Part shown: positions 56,273-64,000 of the stretch, in pieces
How the letters are laid out: each line of letters begins with the position of its first letter
Numbering within the stretch: position 1 is the first letter of the stretch
IMG/VR virus record: IMGVR_UViG_3300011116_000655
Location: 13,870-77,869 of that record
Strand: one strand, 5' to 3'
Length of the DNA stretch: 64,000 bases
From: a virus
Made by a program: the position numbers and the translations under genes
Notes under the pieces: generated by a model
Seen by the model: the letters and a program-made list of their open reading frames with translations, nothing else
Told to the model about the DNA's origin: nothing
The model's database searches: none

Positions 56273-57367
56273 TTATTTATTTTTAATACCAGCTAATCTT
56301 TGCATTCTCTCTATTACTGGAGGGGTTGCATCGTTATTTCTGGTTTGCATGATTATTGATGAAGTTCTATTAATTGCTTCGCTTAGTGATTTTGGAGCAG
56401 TAACTTTGTCATTGCCCGCCACGGTGCTTTGAAGTGTTTGGTAGATTGTTTTTGCTTCATCGGCTGTATTTGCATTGGATAGTGCTTCGACAATCTTATT
56501 TTTTTGTCGCTCATTCAAGGAGTTACTATTCAATACTTTATTTTTGTATAAAAGTTTGGCATTTGAAACTGTTAAAGATTCAAGCCTCTCTTTAAGTGTT
56601 GAAACTGCTGATTCGTACTCTTCAACTCTGTTTGCAAGTGCTTCAGCAATTTCAGAAATTTTAGCAAGTTTACCTTCGACTGAATCTAGTTTTCTTGCTA
56701 ATAATTTATTTTCTTTTGTAAGTTTTTTGTTTTCTTCGCCAACTTCTGCGGCTTTTTCTTCCGATGCAAGTTGGGCTTTTTTTGCAAGTGATACGTCTTT
56801 TGCGTATTCTACTTCAAGTGAATTAGCAGGGTATTCAATGTTACCGTATGGAACGTTTCTTGCATCAACTGTAAGTTTTTCATAAAGGTCAAGAAGTTCG
56901 TCTTTATCAACTTCGTATTCTTCTTGAAGTGCTACTGGTTCTGGACCTGGGGTTGGCCCTAAACTGGTTGGTGTTTTACCACCTATTGGCACTCCAGCTT
57001 CACTAGCCATATCTTCAATGTCAGAAAGATTTAAATCAATTGTTACTTGTTCTTTGTCTTCTGGGCAAGCACATAATTTTTGACCATCTCTAAAAGCTGA
57101 TGGGCTTTGATTTCTTACATTAGCACCACCACCCATAGGTTGATCACCACCCATTCCAGCAGCAGATGTACCAACACCAGATGCTTCCGCAGCAGATGGT
57201 TCAGTAAATCCTTCTTCTTGCTCTAAAAGACTTCTTAAAGCTTCTTTTACATCTGTTGAGTATTTTTCTAAAACTTGAGCCTCTGCATTTTTAAGTGCGG
57301 CTTCTTTAAGTGCAGTTGCATCAATAATTGCTTGTTCTAACAAAGAAGACATTAAATTGTTCTCCAA
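56273..57367 (-). CDS. Prohead core/scaffolding protein
   Basis: Acidic coiled-coil protein immediately upstream of the MCP; NAKLLY.N, C-terminal ERMQRLAGIK; late motif at 57389-57396. Confidence 0.8.
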   Translation of the reverse strand: MENNLMSSLLEQAIIDATALKEAALKNAEAQVLEKYSTDVKEALRSLLEQEEGFTEPSAAEASGVGTSAAGMGGDQPMGGGANVRNQSPSAFRDGQKLCACPEDKEQVTIDLNLSDIEDMASEAGVPIGGKTPTSLGPTPGPEPVALQEEYEVDKDELLDLYEKLTVDARNVPYGNIEYPANSLEVEYAKDVSLAKKAQLASEEKAAEVGEENKKLTKENKLLARKLDSVEGKLAKISEIAEALANRVEEYESAVSTLKERLESLTVSNAKLLYKNKVLNSNSLNERQKNKIVEALSNANTADEAKTIYQTLQSTVAGNDKVTAPKSLSEAINRTSSIIMQTRNNDATPPVIERMQRLAGIKNK

Positions 57368-57422
57368 TTTCTAATAGTTAATCATACTTAAATAGTGTGT
57401 AAAAATAGAAAATACTAATTAT

Positions 57423-57647
57423 TTATTCAACACTAAAAAAACCTTTAACTTTTGTGATTAATTGATTGTTTGAGTTATAAAATTCTACAACACCAGGATC
57501 TACACATTCATAAAATTGAATGTTTATTATTTTATTATCATTTATATAAAGTGTAGGTTCTTGATAATTAAACCAATTAGTTATTTTTACTAAACTTATA
57601 TCATTATTACTTTCTAATAATTGAATTACACAATCTCTAATTGTCAT
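57423..57647 (-). CDS. Small hypothetical protein coupled to the paralog trio
   Basis: TAATG overlap with 57647..58693. Confidence 0.6.
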   Translation of the reverse strand: MTIRDCVIQLLESNNDISLVKITNWFNYQEPTLYINDNKIINIQFYECVDPGVVEFYNSNNQLITKVKGFFSVE

Positions 57648-58693
57648 TATGGAGCCGCCTTTAAAGCAATAGCTTCTGCTGCTGTTGTTTCGTCGGAAGA
57701 TAAAATGTGGTATAAGTCTGTAGAACCAGATCTAATTGTTTTTAATCCAGCTTGTGCTACACCAAAACCATAAGTTTCTCTACTGTACCCAACTGTATAC
57801 TGACCTAATGAAGAGTTATTTCTTGTTATGTACATCTTTTCAAAGAAATAATTATCATTAACATCAATGTTCTCAAATAGTTGTGGACCACCGTGAGAAT
57901 AATGTCTTCTTACACCATTTGTAAAAGTTGATGTTCCTGGTATAAAATAACCACAATGAGCTTGAGAAATTGATAAAGCACCTTGATAAAGATAAAAATT
58001 TGATTGTCTTAAGTGTGTATTCCCAAGGCCAGTACCTATAGTTGCACCTAATGTTGAAATACCATACAATCTATTATCTGATTCTGCCGATGCTATGTAT
58101 TGATGCTTGGTATCTTCGTATGATGCAATTGGTTGAAAAATAGCACCAATATGACACCAGTATTGCAATGTATTGTTTAAAAACATTTGTAAGAATACAT
58201 TTTCTTGTGACACAAATGGTCTTACTACTGCTGTTGTAATATTTATTGTGTTTGGAGCTAAATACCAATAGCCAGAAAAACTACCACTTGTCATTGGTGT
58301 AGTGCTTGACCAACTTGAATAAGCACCAGGATTTAACACCATTCCAACGTGACCATAATTAAGTGTAAAAGAAGTATCTGGAGCTAACATAGTAGGACCA
58401 GAAGCGGGCGCACTTGAAGAACCAGCAAAAATAAATGTTGGATTTTTTGTAAGCGATGCTGTACTTGGAACTGCTGTATTGTAAACTGCTTCTGTTATGT
58501 TTGTAGCACTTCTAAATCTATTCCAAGTCCAAGTGTGCGAAGAGGGTATTGTAGTTCCTCTATAGTCTGTTGTTGAAATTAAAGACCCATAAATAGCATC
58601 TAAAAATTTATCAATAGTTGCAGCAGTTGGTGATGCATCTGGTAATCTGTAATAAGTTAAATCTGGTAATGGTGTTATCTCATAATTTGTCAT
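57647..58693 (-). CDS. Virion protein paralog 3 of 3
   Basis: PLPDLTYYRLPD, DYRGTTIPSSHTWTW, VSQE, LKAAP. Confidence 0.75.
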   Translation of the reverse strand: MTNYEITPLPDLTYYRLPDASPTAATIDKFLDAIYGSLISTTDYRGTTIPSSHTWTWNRFRSATNITEAVYNTAVPSTASLTKNPTFIFAGSSSAPASGPTMLAPDTSFTLNYGHVGMVLNPGAYSSWSSTTPMTSGSFSGYWYLAPNTINITTAVVRPFVSQENVFLQMFLNNTLQYWCHIGAIFQPIASYEDTKHQYIASAESDNRLYGISTLGATIGTGLGNTHLRQSNFYLYQGALSISQAHCGYFIPGTSTFTNGVRRHYSHGGPQLFENIDVNDNYFFEKMYITRNNSSLGQYTVGYSRETYGFGVAQAGLKTIRSGSTDLYHILSSDETTAAEAIALKAAP

Positions 58694-59691
58694 GGTGCTG
58701 CCTTCAATGCAAGAGTTGAATAAACGTTATTCTGTGCTTCGTCTGCTGTGATTATGTGAAACTTATCTACACCTTCGTCACGTATGACACCCCTCATGTT
58801 GTTTATCATGATACCAGTTGCAGGATAAATTTCTCTATAATGTCCAAGTGCTGCATTACCACCACCATGACCAGATCTCATAACTCTATTTTTATCAAAC
58901 ACATATTTACCAGTTAAATCTTGAGAGTAAAATGAAGAGTTAACTAAATGTGTACTAGCTCTTGCAACAAGCATAACTGTGGATGTTGTTGGCAGGAATG
59001 CGTTACTACGATTGTATAAAAATCCTGTATTTACTGCTGATAAAAATGTTGTCGCTAATGCAGTTGTTCCAGTTGTTGTTAGACCATAAATTCTATCATC
59101 TGGTTCTGCTGTTCTTGTACCACCAGCACTACTTGAATAACTATTGTGTGGTTCATAAATAGCACCAGCAATTGAAACATATTTTGAAGATGTAGTAGCT
59201 CTTAAAACAGTTACAACAACTTCTTGAGAAACATAATTTCTAATTATTGTACTGGTTCCTATCGTTACCGCCGATGGGGCTACTCTTGAGTAACCTAAAA
59301 AAGAACCTGCTGTCATTGGCAAATTATTTGTCCAATCTGTATAAGTTGTACCATTTATGTTAACACCAACGTATAAACTTTGTGATGCATAAGTATCAAT
59401 TGTACCAGTTTTTGGTGTAGCAGAACCAGTAAATCCAGCATAAATAATTGTTGGATTTTGTGTCATTGTAGTGCCAGTTGGAACAGCGGTATTATAAATT
59501 GAAGAAATACTACCAGATGTTGATCCAGTTGCCCAAGTCCATAAATGCGTTGAAGGAATTGCTGTTCCCCTATAGTCAACCGTACTTGTCAAAGAGGTTA
59601 ATAAATTTGTCAACATTTGTTGTATGTTAGAACCAGAAAATGTAATATCTGGCATTCTATAAAAAGTTAATTCTGGTAAAGGTAAACTCAT
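58690..59691 (-). CDS. Virion protein paralog 2 of 3
   Basis: PLPELTFYRMPD, DYRGTAIPSTHLWTW, VSQE, LKAAP. Confidence 0.75.
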   Translation of the reverse strand: MSLPLPELTFYRMPDITFSGSNIQQMLTNLLTSLTSTVDYRGTAIPSTHLWTWATGSTSGSISSIYNTAVPTGTTMTQNPTIIYAGFTGSATPKTGTIDTYASQSLYVGVNINGTTYTDWTNNLPMTAGSFLGYSRVAPSAVTIGTSTIIRNYVSQEVVVTVLRATTSSKYVSIAGAIYEPHNSYSSSAGGTRTAEPDDRIYGLTTTGTTALATTFLSAVNTGFLYNRSNAFLPTTSTVMLVARASTHLVNSSFYSQDLTGKYVFDKNRVMRSGHGGGNAALGHYREIYPATGIMINNMRGVIRDEGVDKFHIITADEAQNNVYSTLALKAAP

Positions 59692-60680
59692 GGTGCAGCC
59701 TTTAAAACAATAGATTGTGAGCTTGAAGCTGTGTTATAAGATAGAATATGATACAGATCGGTAGAACCGCTTCTTAAAGTGTTTGTTGCGTTTGTTAAAT
59801 TTTTACCTAGTCCATATATGTTCCTTAACATACCAATTCTATAAAGTGGTGCTACTAATTTTGCTACTGGCATTTCACTAAGAACCCAATTACCATTTAA
59901 ATCTTTTTCACCATCAGTAGCAGCCAAACCATTTCTCCAAGGATTGTTTACTGTAACAATTTGAGGATATGTAAATGGCATAATACAACCAGCATGATTT
60001 TGGTTTATACTTCCATTGTGTGCGTTGAATGTATTATCAGCAACAAATGTAGATGATATACCAGCAGTATTAGATGTATACAAACACAAAATTCTATCAT
60101 CTCTTTCGGCAGTAAAAACAGTACCATCTGCATTAGAAGTATATGGAGTTATTCCTGCTCCACCATAAAACCAATATTGTGTTGTACCGTTTTGTATAAC
60201 TCTTACAAACACAGATTCTTGTGAAACGTAACTTCTAACTACTGTTGTAGTAGCATTTGCTGTTGTAGCAGTAAAATTCCATAATCCTATTTCTTCGCCT
60301 GTTGTGAACGGATTAGAACCTGTCCAATGTAAATAAGCACCAGGATTTCTTATAACTCCAACAACAGAAGTAGAGTTAGTATAAGTATCTGGAGTAAGCA
60401 TAGAAGCTGGTGTTGTGGCAGAGTTATTGCCAGCAACTAGTACAGCAAAATTGGTTGTTCTTCCAGATCCAGCAGGTAATGCAGTACTATAAACAGCAAG
60501 ACCAGTAGTGCTTGAAGTAGCCCAAGTCCATGTATGTGTAGATGGTATTGCCGTTCCTCGATAATCTACAGAACAAGTTAAAGTATTATAAACTGCTGTG
60601 AGCAAACCTTGAATAGTTGCTGCTGCTGGTTGAGCGTCTGGTAATCTATAAAATGTTAAATCGGGTAAAGGTAAGCTCAT
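59688..60680 (-). CDS. Virion protein paralog 1 of 3
   Basis: PLPDLTFYRLPD, DYRGTAIPSTHTWTW, VSQE, LKAAP. Confidence 0.75.
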   Translation of the reverse strand: MSLPLPDLTFYRLPDAQPAAATIQGLLTAVYNTLTCSVDYRGTAIPSTHTWTWATSSTTGLAVYSTALPAGSGRTTNFAVLVAGNNSATTPASMLTPDTYTNSTSVVGVIRNPGAYLHWTGSNPFTTGEEIGLWNFTATTANATTTVVRSYVSQESVFVRVIQNGTTQYWFYGGAGITPYTSNADGTVFTAERDDRILCLYTSNTAGISSTFVADNTFNAHNGSINQNHAGCIMPFTYPQIVTVNNPWRNGLAATDGEKDLNGNWVLSEMPVAKLVAPLYRIGMLRNIYGLGKNLTNATNTLRSGSTDLYHILSYNTASSSQSIVLKAAP

Positions 60681-61234
60681 ACAGCCGTTCCAGAAAATGT
60701 TACTGATGTTGGTGCAATTTGTTGTCCAGCAAAAGGAACTGCAAAAGAAACAAAAGCAGAAAATACAAATGCACCAATTATTTTATTTCCAGATCTCTTT
60801 AAGTATTGTCCGTCTTCTATTCCTTGTATTGGAAAAGAGCCTGTTGTATCATTTATTGCAGATGATGTTACTTGTGTAATATTTGAGCCATTACCATTAA
60901 ACGAAGCAGTAACAGCAGTTAAGTTTATAGAACTTGCAAGATTTAATGTTACATCACCACTTGTACCACCACCTGTTAGATTTGTTCCAGCGTTTACTGC
61001 TGTTATGTCACCAGAGCCTCCTCCACCACCAACACCAGATAACGAAGAACCATTTCCAACAAAAATTGATGCACTAAATTGTGATGGTGTAATTGTTACT
61101 ACAGTTGCACCACCAACAACAAAATCTATTTGATTATTTGAAAAATCTATTTTTGTATCTCTTTGTGGATCGCTGCCTGCAACTATATCGCCTATTACTT
61201 GTACGGAACCAGTTCTTGTATAACCAAATGCCAT
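60677..61234 (-). CDS. Short fibre-like virion protein
   Basis: Start MAFGYT at 61234; FVGNGS.L, GDITAVNAGTNLTGGGTSGDVTLN fibre motif; late-like motif at 61252-61259. Confidence 0.7.
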   Translation of the reverse strand: MAFGYTRTGSVQVIGDIVAGSDPQRDTKIDFSNNQIDFVVGGATVVTITPSQFSASIFVGNGSSLSGVGGGGGSGDITAVNAGTNLTGGGTSGDVTLNLASSINLTAVTASFNGNGSNITQVTSSAINDTTGSFPIQGIEDGQYLKRSGNKIIGAFVFSAFVSFAVPFAGQQIAPTSVTFSGTAV

Positions 61235-61275
61235 GTTTTTTTCTCTCAAAATAAATAGATATAAAATAAAAAAAA

Positions 61276-61301
61276 GGAAGGCACCATCTCTGATGCCTTC
61301 C
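61276..61301 (-). terminator. Rho-independent terminator
   Basis: GGAAGGCA/TGCCTTCC stem followed by a long T tract. Confidence 0.8.
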
Positions 61302-61336
61302 AAAATTCTAATATAAAACCAGAACTTAATTCTAGA

Positions 61337-62875
61337 TTAGAAGATTCTCCATGTATCTGATGCTACATACACAAATTCAAGTGCTGCCCAAGGTGATTCA
61401 AGAACTACGAAAGTTTCACCGTCTATAGTTTGGGAACCATCTTTGTTAATTGTAATTGTGTTTGTTGTACTACAATCTGAGCCTGCTTTAACCTTAACAG
61501 AATTACCAACGGTCAAACCAGCAGAGGCAGGTAATGTAACAGAAACAGCACCACCTACAGTACCAAAGTAGTTAACACCAGTAACCAATGTTGCACCACC
61601 AACAGAAGCAGATACTGTTGAAGCCATTGAGCCAACAAGTGAACCATTGAATGTACCATAGAAGTTGGCTGCTTGAATATCGATAAGACCAGCAGAGCTA
61701 GAAGCTACAAAGATATCATTAGAAGAAGCTGCTGCGCCTTCACCGTCATTTTTATATGTCCATTGTACACTTGCACCACTTACAAAGAAACCAGCACCAT
61801 TAGCAACAGTACGATCAGCGGCACCATCGGCAAGAACTATTTGTTTATCTTCAATTACTAATGTACCAACAGATGCAGAGAAAGTATTACCAAGTACAAT
61901 TAAGTCACCATTGACTGTAAGTTTTTGAACAGATGAATCACCAAGAGATACTGTCAAGCCACCATCAGTTACTGTAACGCCACCAGAAGAAACTCTAACT
62001 CCAGAAGAAGCAGTTATTGATGAACCAACTTGCAAATTGCTTGAAGCTGATAGAGTTGTGAATTGACCAGCAGCTTGTGTTGTGCCACCTATAGGTGTTG
62101 CATTGATTGTTCCTCCACCAATTGTAACATTGTTGGAAGTCATAGATTGGAATGTTGCGGTACTAGAACCAGTAATAGTTGTAACTACAGTAGCAGCTAG
62201 TGTAGCACCTACAGATGCAGTAAGTGTTTGACCAGTTATGGAATTGCCTGCTCTTACTCTATTAGAAGCAGAAAGTTCAGTAGCACTTACACCAGCCCAT
62301 AAATTTCCTGGTACACCAACATTTCCTTCATTATTTACTTTTGGATTTAATGATGAAGTAAACAATCCATTTACATATATTGTATCTGCACCAGCATCAC
62401 CTAATGTTACATCGCCTTTAAATGTTGCTGCTCCGTCTACAGTTATTGTAGATGAAGCAGAAAGCGTTGTTGCTCTAACGGATGATTGGGTAGTAGCACC
62501 AATTGTAGTACCGTTAATTGCACCACCGTTAATGGCTACACTTGTTCCTGTTAAGTTTGTTATGGTAACGTGACCAGTTGTATCTGCAACGGTAACAGCA
62601 GCAGTACCATCTTTTGCTTTTATGTTTGTTACTTCAATATTTGTTGTATCAACTGTTGTTAAACCATCTAATGAAGTAGCTGCTACTCCACCTAGAGAAA
62701 CAGAAGTACTACCTATAGTTACGCTACTTGCTGCTAATGCTGTTGTTGCTACAGAAGAGTTTGGTAATGTAACTGTACCAGCGGATACTGTAAGACTATT
62801 ACTGGAAGTTAAGCCTTCTTCTGCTGTAAAAGAACCAGAAGCTACAGCAGGCCCCCTTTGAAATTTATATGCCAT
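61337..62875 (-). CDS. Ser/Thr/Gly-rich fibre protein
   Basis: Start MAYKFQ at 62875; INGGAINGTTIG-type repeats, LTVNGDL.V.G, IEDK.I.L, C-terminal TLP...QTIDG...W domain; late motif at 62946-62953. Confidence 0.75.
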   Translation of the reverse strand: MAYKFQRGPAVASGSFTAEEGLTSSNSLTVSAGTVTLPNSSVATTALAASSVTIGSTSVSLGGVAATSLDGLTTVDTTNIEVTNIKAKDGTAAVTVADTTGHVTITNLTGTSVAINGGAINGTTIGATTQSSVRATTLSASSTITVDGAATFKGDVTLGDAGADTIYVNGLFTSSLNPKVNNEGNVGVPGNLWAGVSATELSASNRVRAGNSITGQTLTASVGATLAATVVTTITGSSTATFQSMTSNNVTIGGGTINATPIGGTTQAAGQFTTLSASSNLQVGSSITASSGVRVSSGGVTVTDGGLTVSLGDSSVQKLTVNGDLIVLGNTFSASVGTLVIEDKQIVLADGAADRTVANGAGFFVSGASVQWTYKNDGEGAAASSNDIFVASSSAGLIDIQAANFYGTFNGSLVGSMASTVSASVGGATLVTGVNYFGTVGGAVSVTLPASAGLTVGNSVKVKAGSDCSTTNTITINKDGSQTIDGETFVVLESPWAALEFVYVASDTWRIF

Positions 62876-62961
62876 GTTATTTTGTCTCCTATAAAAAAAA
62901 AGACACATAACTAAACAATTAAATTTAAGTTATGCGCTACATTAGTAAGTAGTGTGCTGGT

Positions 62962-63528
62962 CTAGTATATGAAGTATTTATTTGACCCATTTGAATAAAT
63001 ATTTACTGCTGAGTACGGTGACTCAATAACTACTGTTCCTTCTCCATCAATTGTTTGACCAGAAACAGAACAACTTAAAGTAATTGTATAAGTGTCTGCC
63101 ATTCCTCCTTCGTCTTTTACAATAAACATTTGACCGTCAGAAAGAGTAGAAGCGTTTGGAAGAGTTAAAGTTATGCTCGCTGTAGCAGTAGCTGTATTTA
63201 CACCAATTATGTTTTGTGCAGCAGTTATTGACAAATTACCAGATGTTGTAGTTCTTCTTACAACAAAACCAGAATTAGCGGTAAACTTTGGTATTGTATA
63301 ATCAAACAATAGATCGGAAGAACCACTTATTTCTCCAGCAGATCCTGTCTTAAATTGTATTGCCGTTAAAGGACCACCACCAGTTGCAGAACCACCACCA
63401 GCAATGTTTGTTAATAAAGAACCATTACCTACAAAAAAAGAAGCTGAGATTATAGAACCAGATAGTGCGTCAATAAAAGTTTGACTACCAGTAACTCTAT
63501 TTTTACCTTTGATAACTTTATAAGCCAT
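62962..63528 (-). CDS. Short fibre/decoration protein with TIDG C-terminal domain
   Basis: MAYK start; FVGNGSLLT; LTLP.A...G..FIVKDEGG...QTIDG. Confidence 0.75.
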   Translation of the reverse strand: MAYKVIKGKNRVTGSQTFIDALSGSIISASFFVGNGSLLTNIAGGGSATGGGPLTAIQFKTGSAGEISGSSDLLFDYTIPKFTANSGFVVRRTTTSGNLSITAAQNIIGVNTATATASITLTLPNASTLSDGQMFIVKDEGGMADTYTITLSCSVSGQTIDGEGTVVIESPYSAVNIYSNGSNKYFIY

Positions 63529-63536
63529 TTAAAATC

Positions 63537-63998
63537 CTATGCTACGTGCCAGCCAGTTGAAGTGCAATAGATAATAATTGCACCATGATCAGAATCTATA
63601 GTGAATACAGACAAACCATCAATAGTTTCTCCAGATGATGCTGATACGTGAATTGGGTTGGTAGTAGCATTACCTGTTTCATCTTTAATTATTATTGTTC
63701 TTCCAGCAGTTGTTGTTGTGGTTGAAGGCAAAGTAATTGAAGCTGTTGCAGAAGTTGTATTAACTCCAATTAAATAGTCGGTTGAAAGAACATTATAACT
63801 TCCAGAAACTAAAACATTTCCATAAACTATTGCACCATTAAATGTAGAAGTTGATGATACTGTTAAAGTATTTGTAGTTGTGTTATTATTAACTATCAAA
63901 CCACCAACAGTAATTGTAGATGGGTTTGTATATGTTGACGAATAACCAGTAGAAGTAGAAGTTGTAACTCTTGTTGTTGGAATAGTGTCTGCATTAAA
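63537..63998 (-). CDS. Fibre/decoration protein with TIDG C-terminal domain, N-terminus beyond the window
   Basis: Frame stays open to the window edge (FNADTIPTTRV...); ITLP...GRTIIIKDETG...ETIDG. Confidence 0.75.
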   Translation of the reverse strand, partial: FNADTIPTTRVTTSTSTGYSSTYTNPSTITVGGLIVNNNTTTNTLTVSSTSTFNGAIVYGNVLVSGSYNVLSTDYLIGVNTTSATASITLPSTTTTTAGRTIIIKDETGNATTNPIHVSASSGETIDGLSVFTIDSDHGAIIIYCTSTGWHVA

Positions 63999-64000
63999 TT

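Noticed and set aside
51713-57367. Apparent absence of portal, terminase, prohead protease and gp14-like neck gene
   Set aside because: The window is only part of a large genome, and these genes are probably elsewhere; absence here is not informative.
505-62861. Numerous + strand ORFs of 60-185 aa (e.g. 4427..4810, 18435..18992, 55200..55685)
   Set aside because: All are antisense to well-supported minus-strand genes and lack recognisable motifs; they are shadow ORFs.
1-64000. Stop-codon reassignment, as seen in some large phages
   Set aside because: Long genes are intact in the standard code, and TAA, TAG and TGA all end genes at sensible boundaries.
1-64000. tRNA genes, CRISPR arrays, IS elements, integrase
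   Set aside because: Intergenic gaps are short and explained by promoters/terminators; no cloverleaf, repeat-spacer periodicity or transposase motifs were seen.

Overview
A 64 kb fragment of a large, AT-rich, T4-like (contractile-tailed, probably jumbo) dsDNA bacteriophage genome in the standard genetic code. Essentially all real genes are on the minus strand, and the listed + strand ORFs are antisense shadows. Right part (about 37.9-64 kb): virion morphogenesis genes for fibre/decoration proteins, three tandem paralogous virion proteins, scaffold, gp23-like major capsid, neck, tail terminator, sheath, two tube proteins, tail chaperone with a probable +1 frameshift, tape measure and baseplate. 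Left part (1-38 kb): replication and repair (DnaE, compact family A polymerase, DnaB-like helicase, gp32-like SSB, RecA/UvsX, 5'-3' exonuclease, UvsE), nucleotide metabolism (class II RNR, ThyX, dUTPase, deaminase, PurA, IMPDH/GMPR-family, Nudix), proteostasis (GroEL, GroES-like, Hsp20, ClpP, thioredoxin) and a degenerate tubulin-like gene. The most striking unannotated pattern is a dispersed set of genes that sit behind the same ACTA(T/A/C)TTA motif as the structural genes. Their products carry T4-CTS-like or scaffold-like peptide tags and repeated (L/I)xE sites. Several look like polyproteins of small Cys-rich cationic domains, suggesting a capsid-loaded, protease-released cargo system. Other signals are promoters embedded in terminator/RBS hairpins, an [S/T]-[G/A]-S tripeptide enriched in virion-surface proteins, and a possible G/C-to-A/T nucleotide-rerouting gene set. 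All assignments come from motif recognition by eye; no database searches were run.
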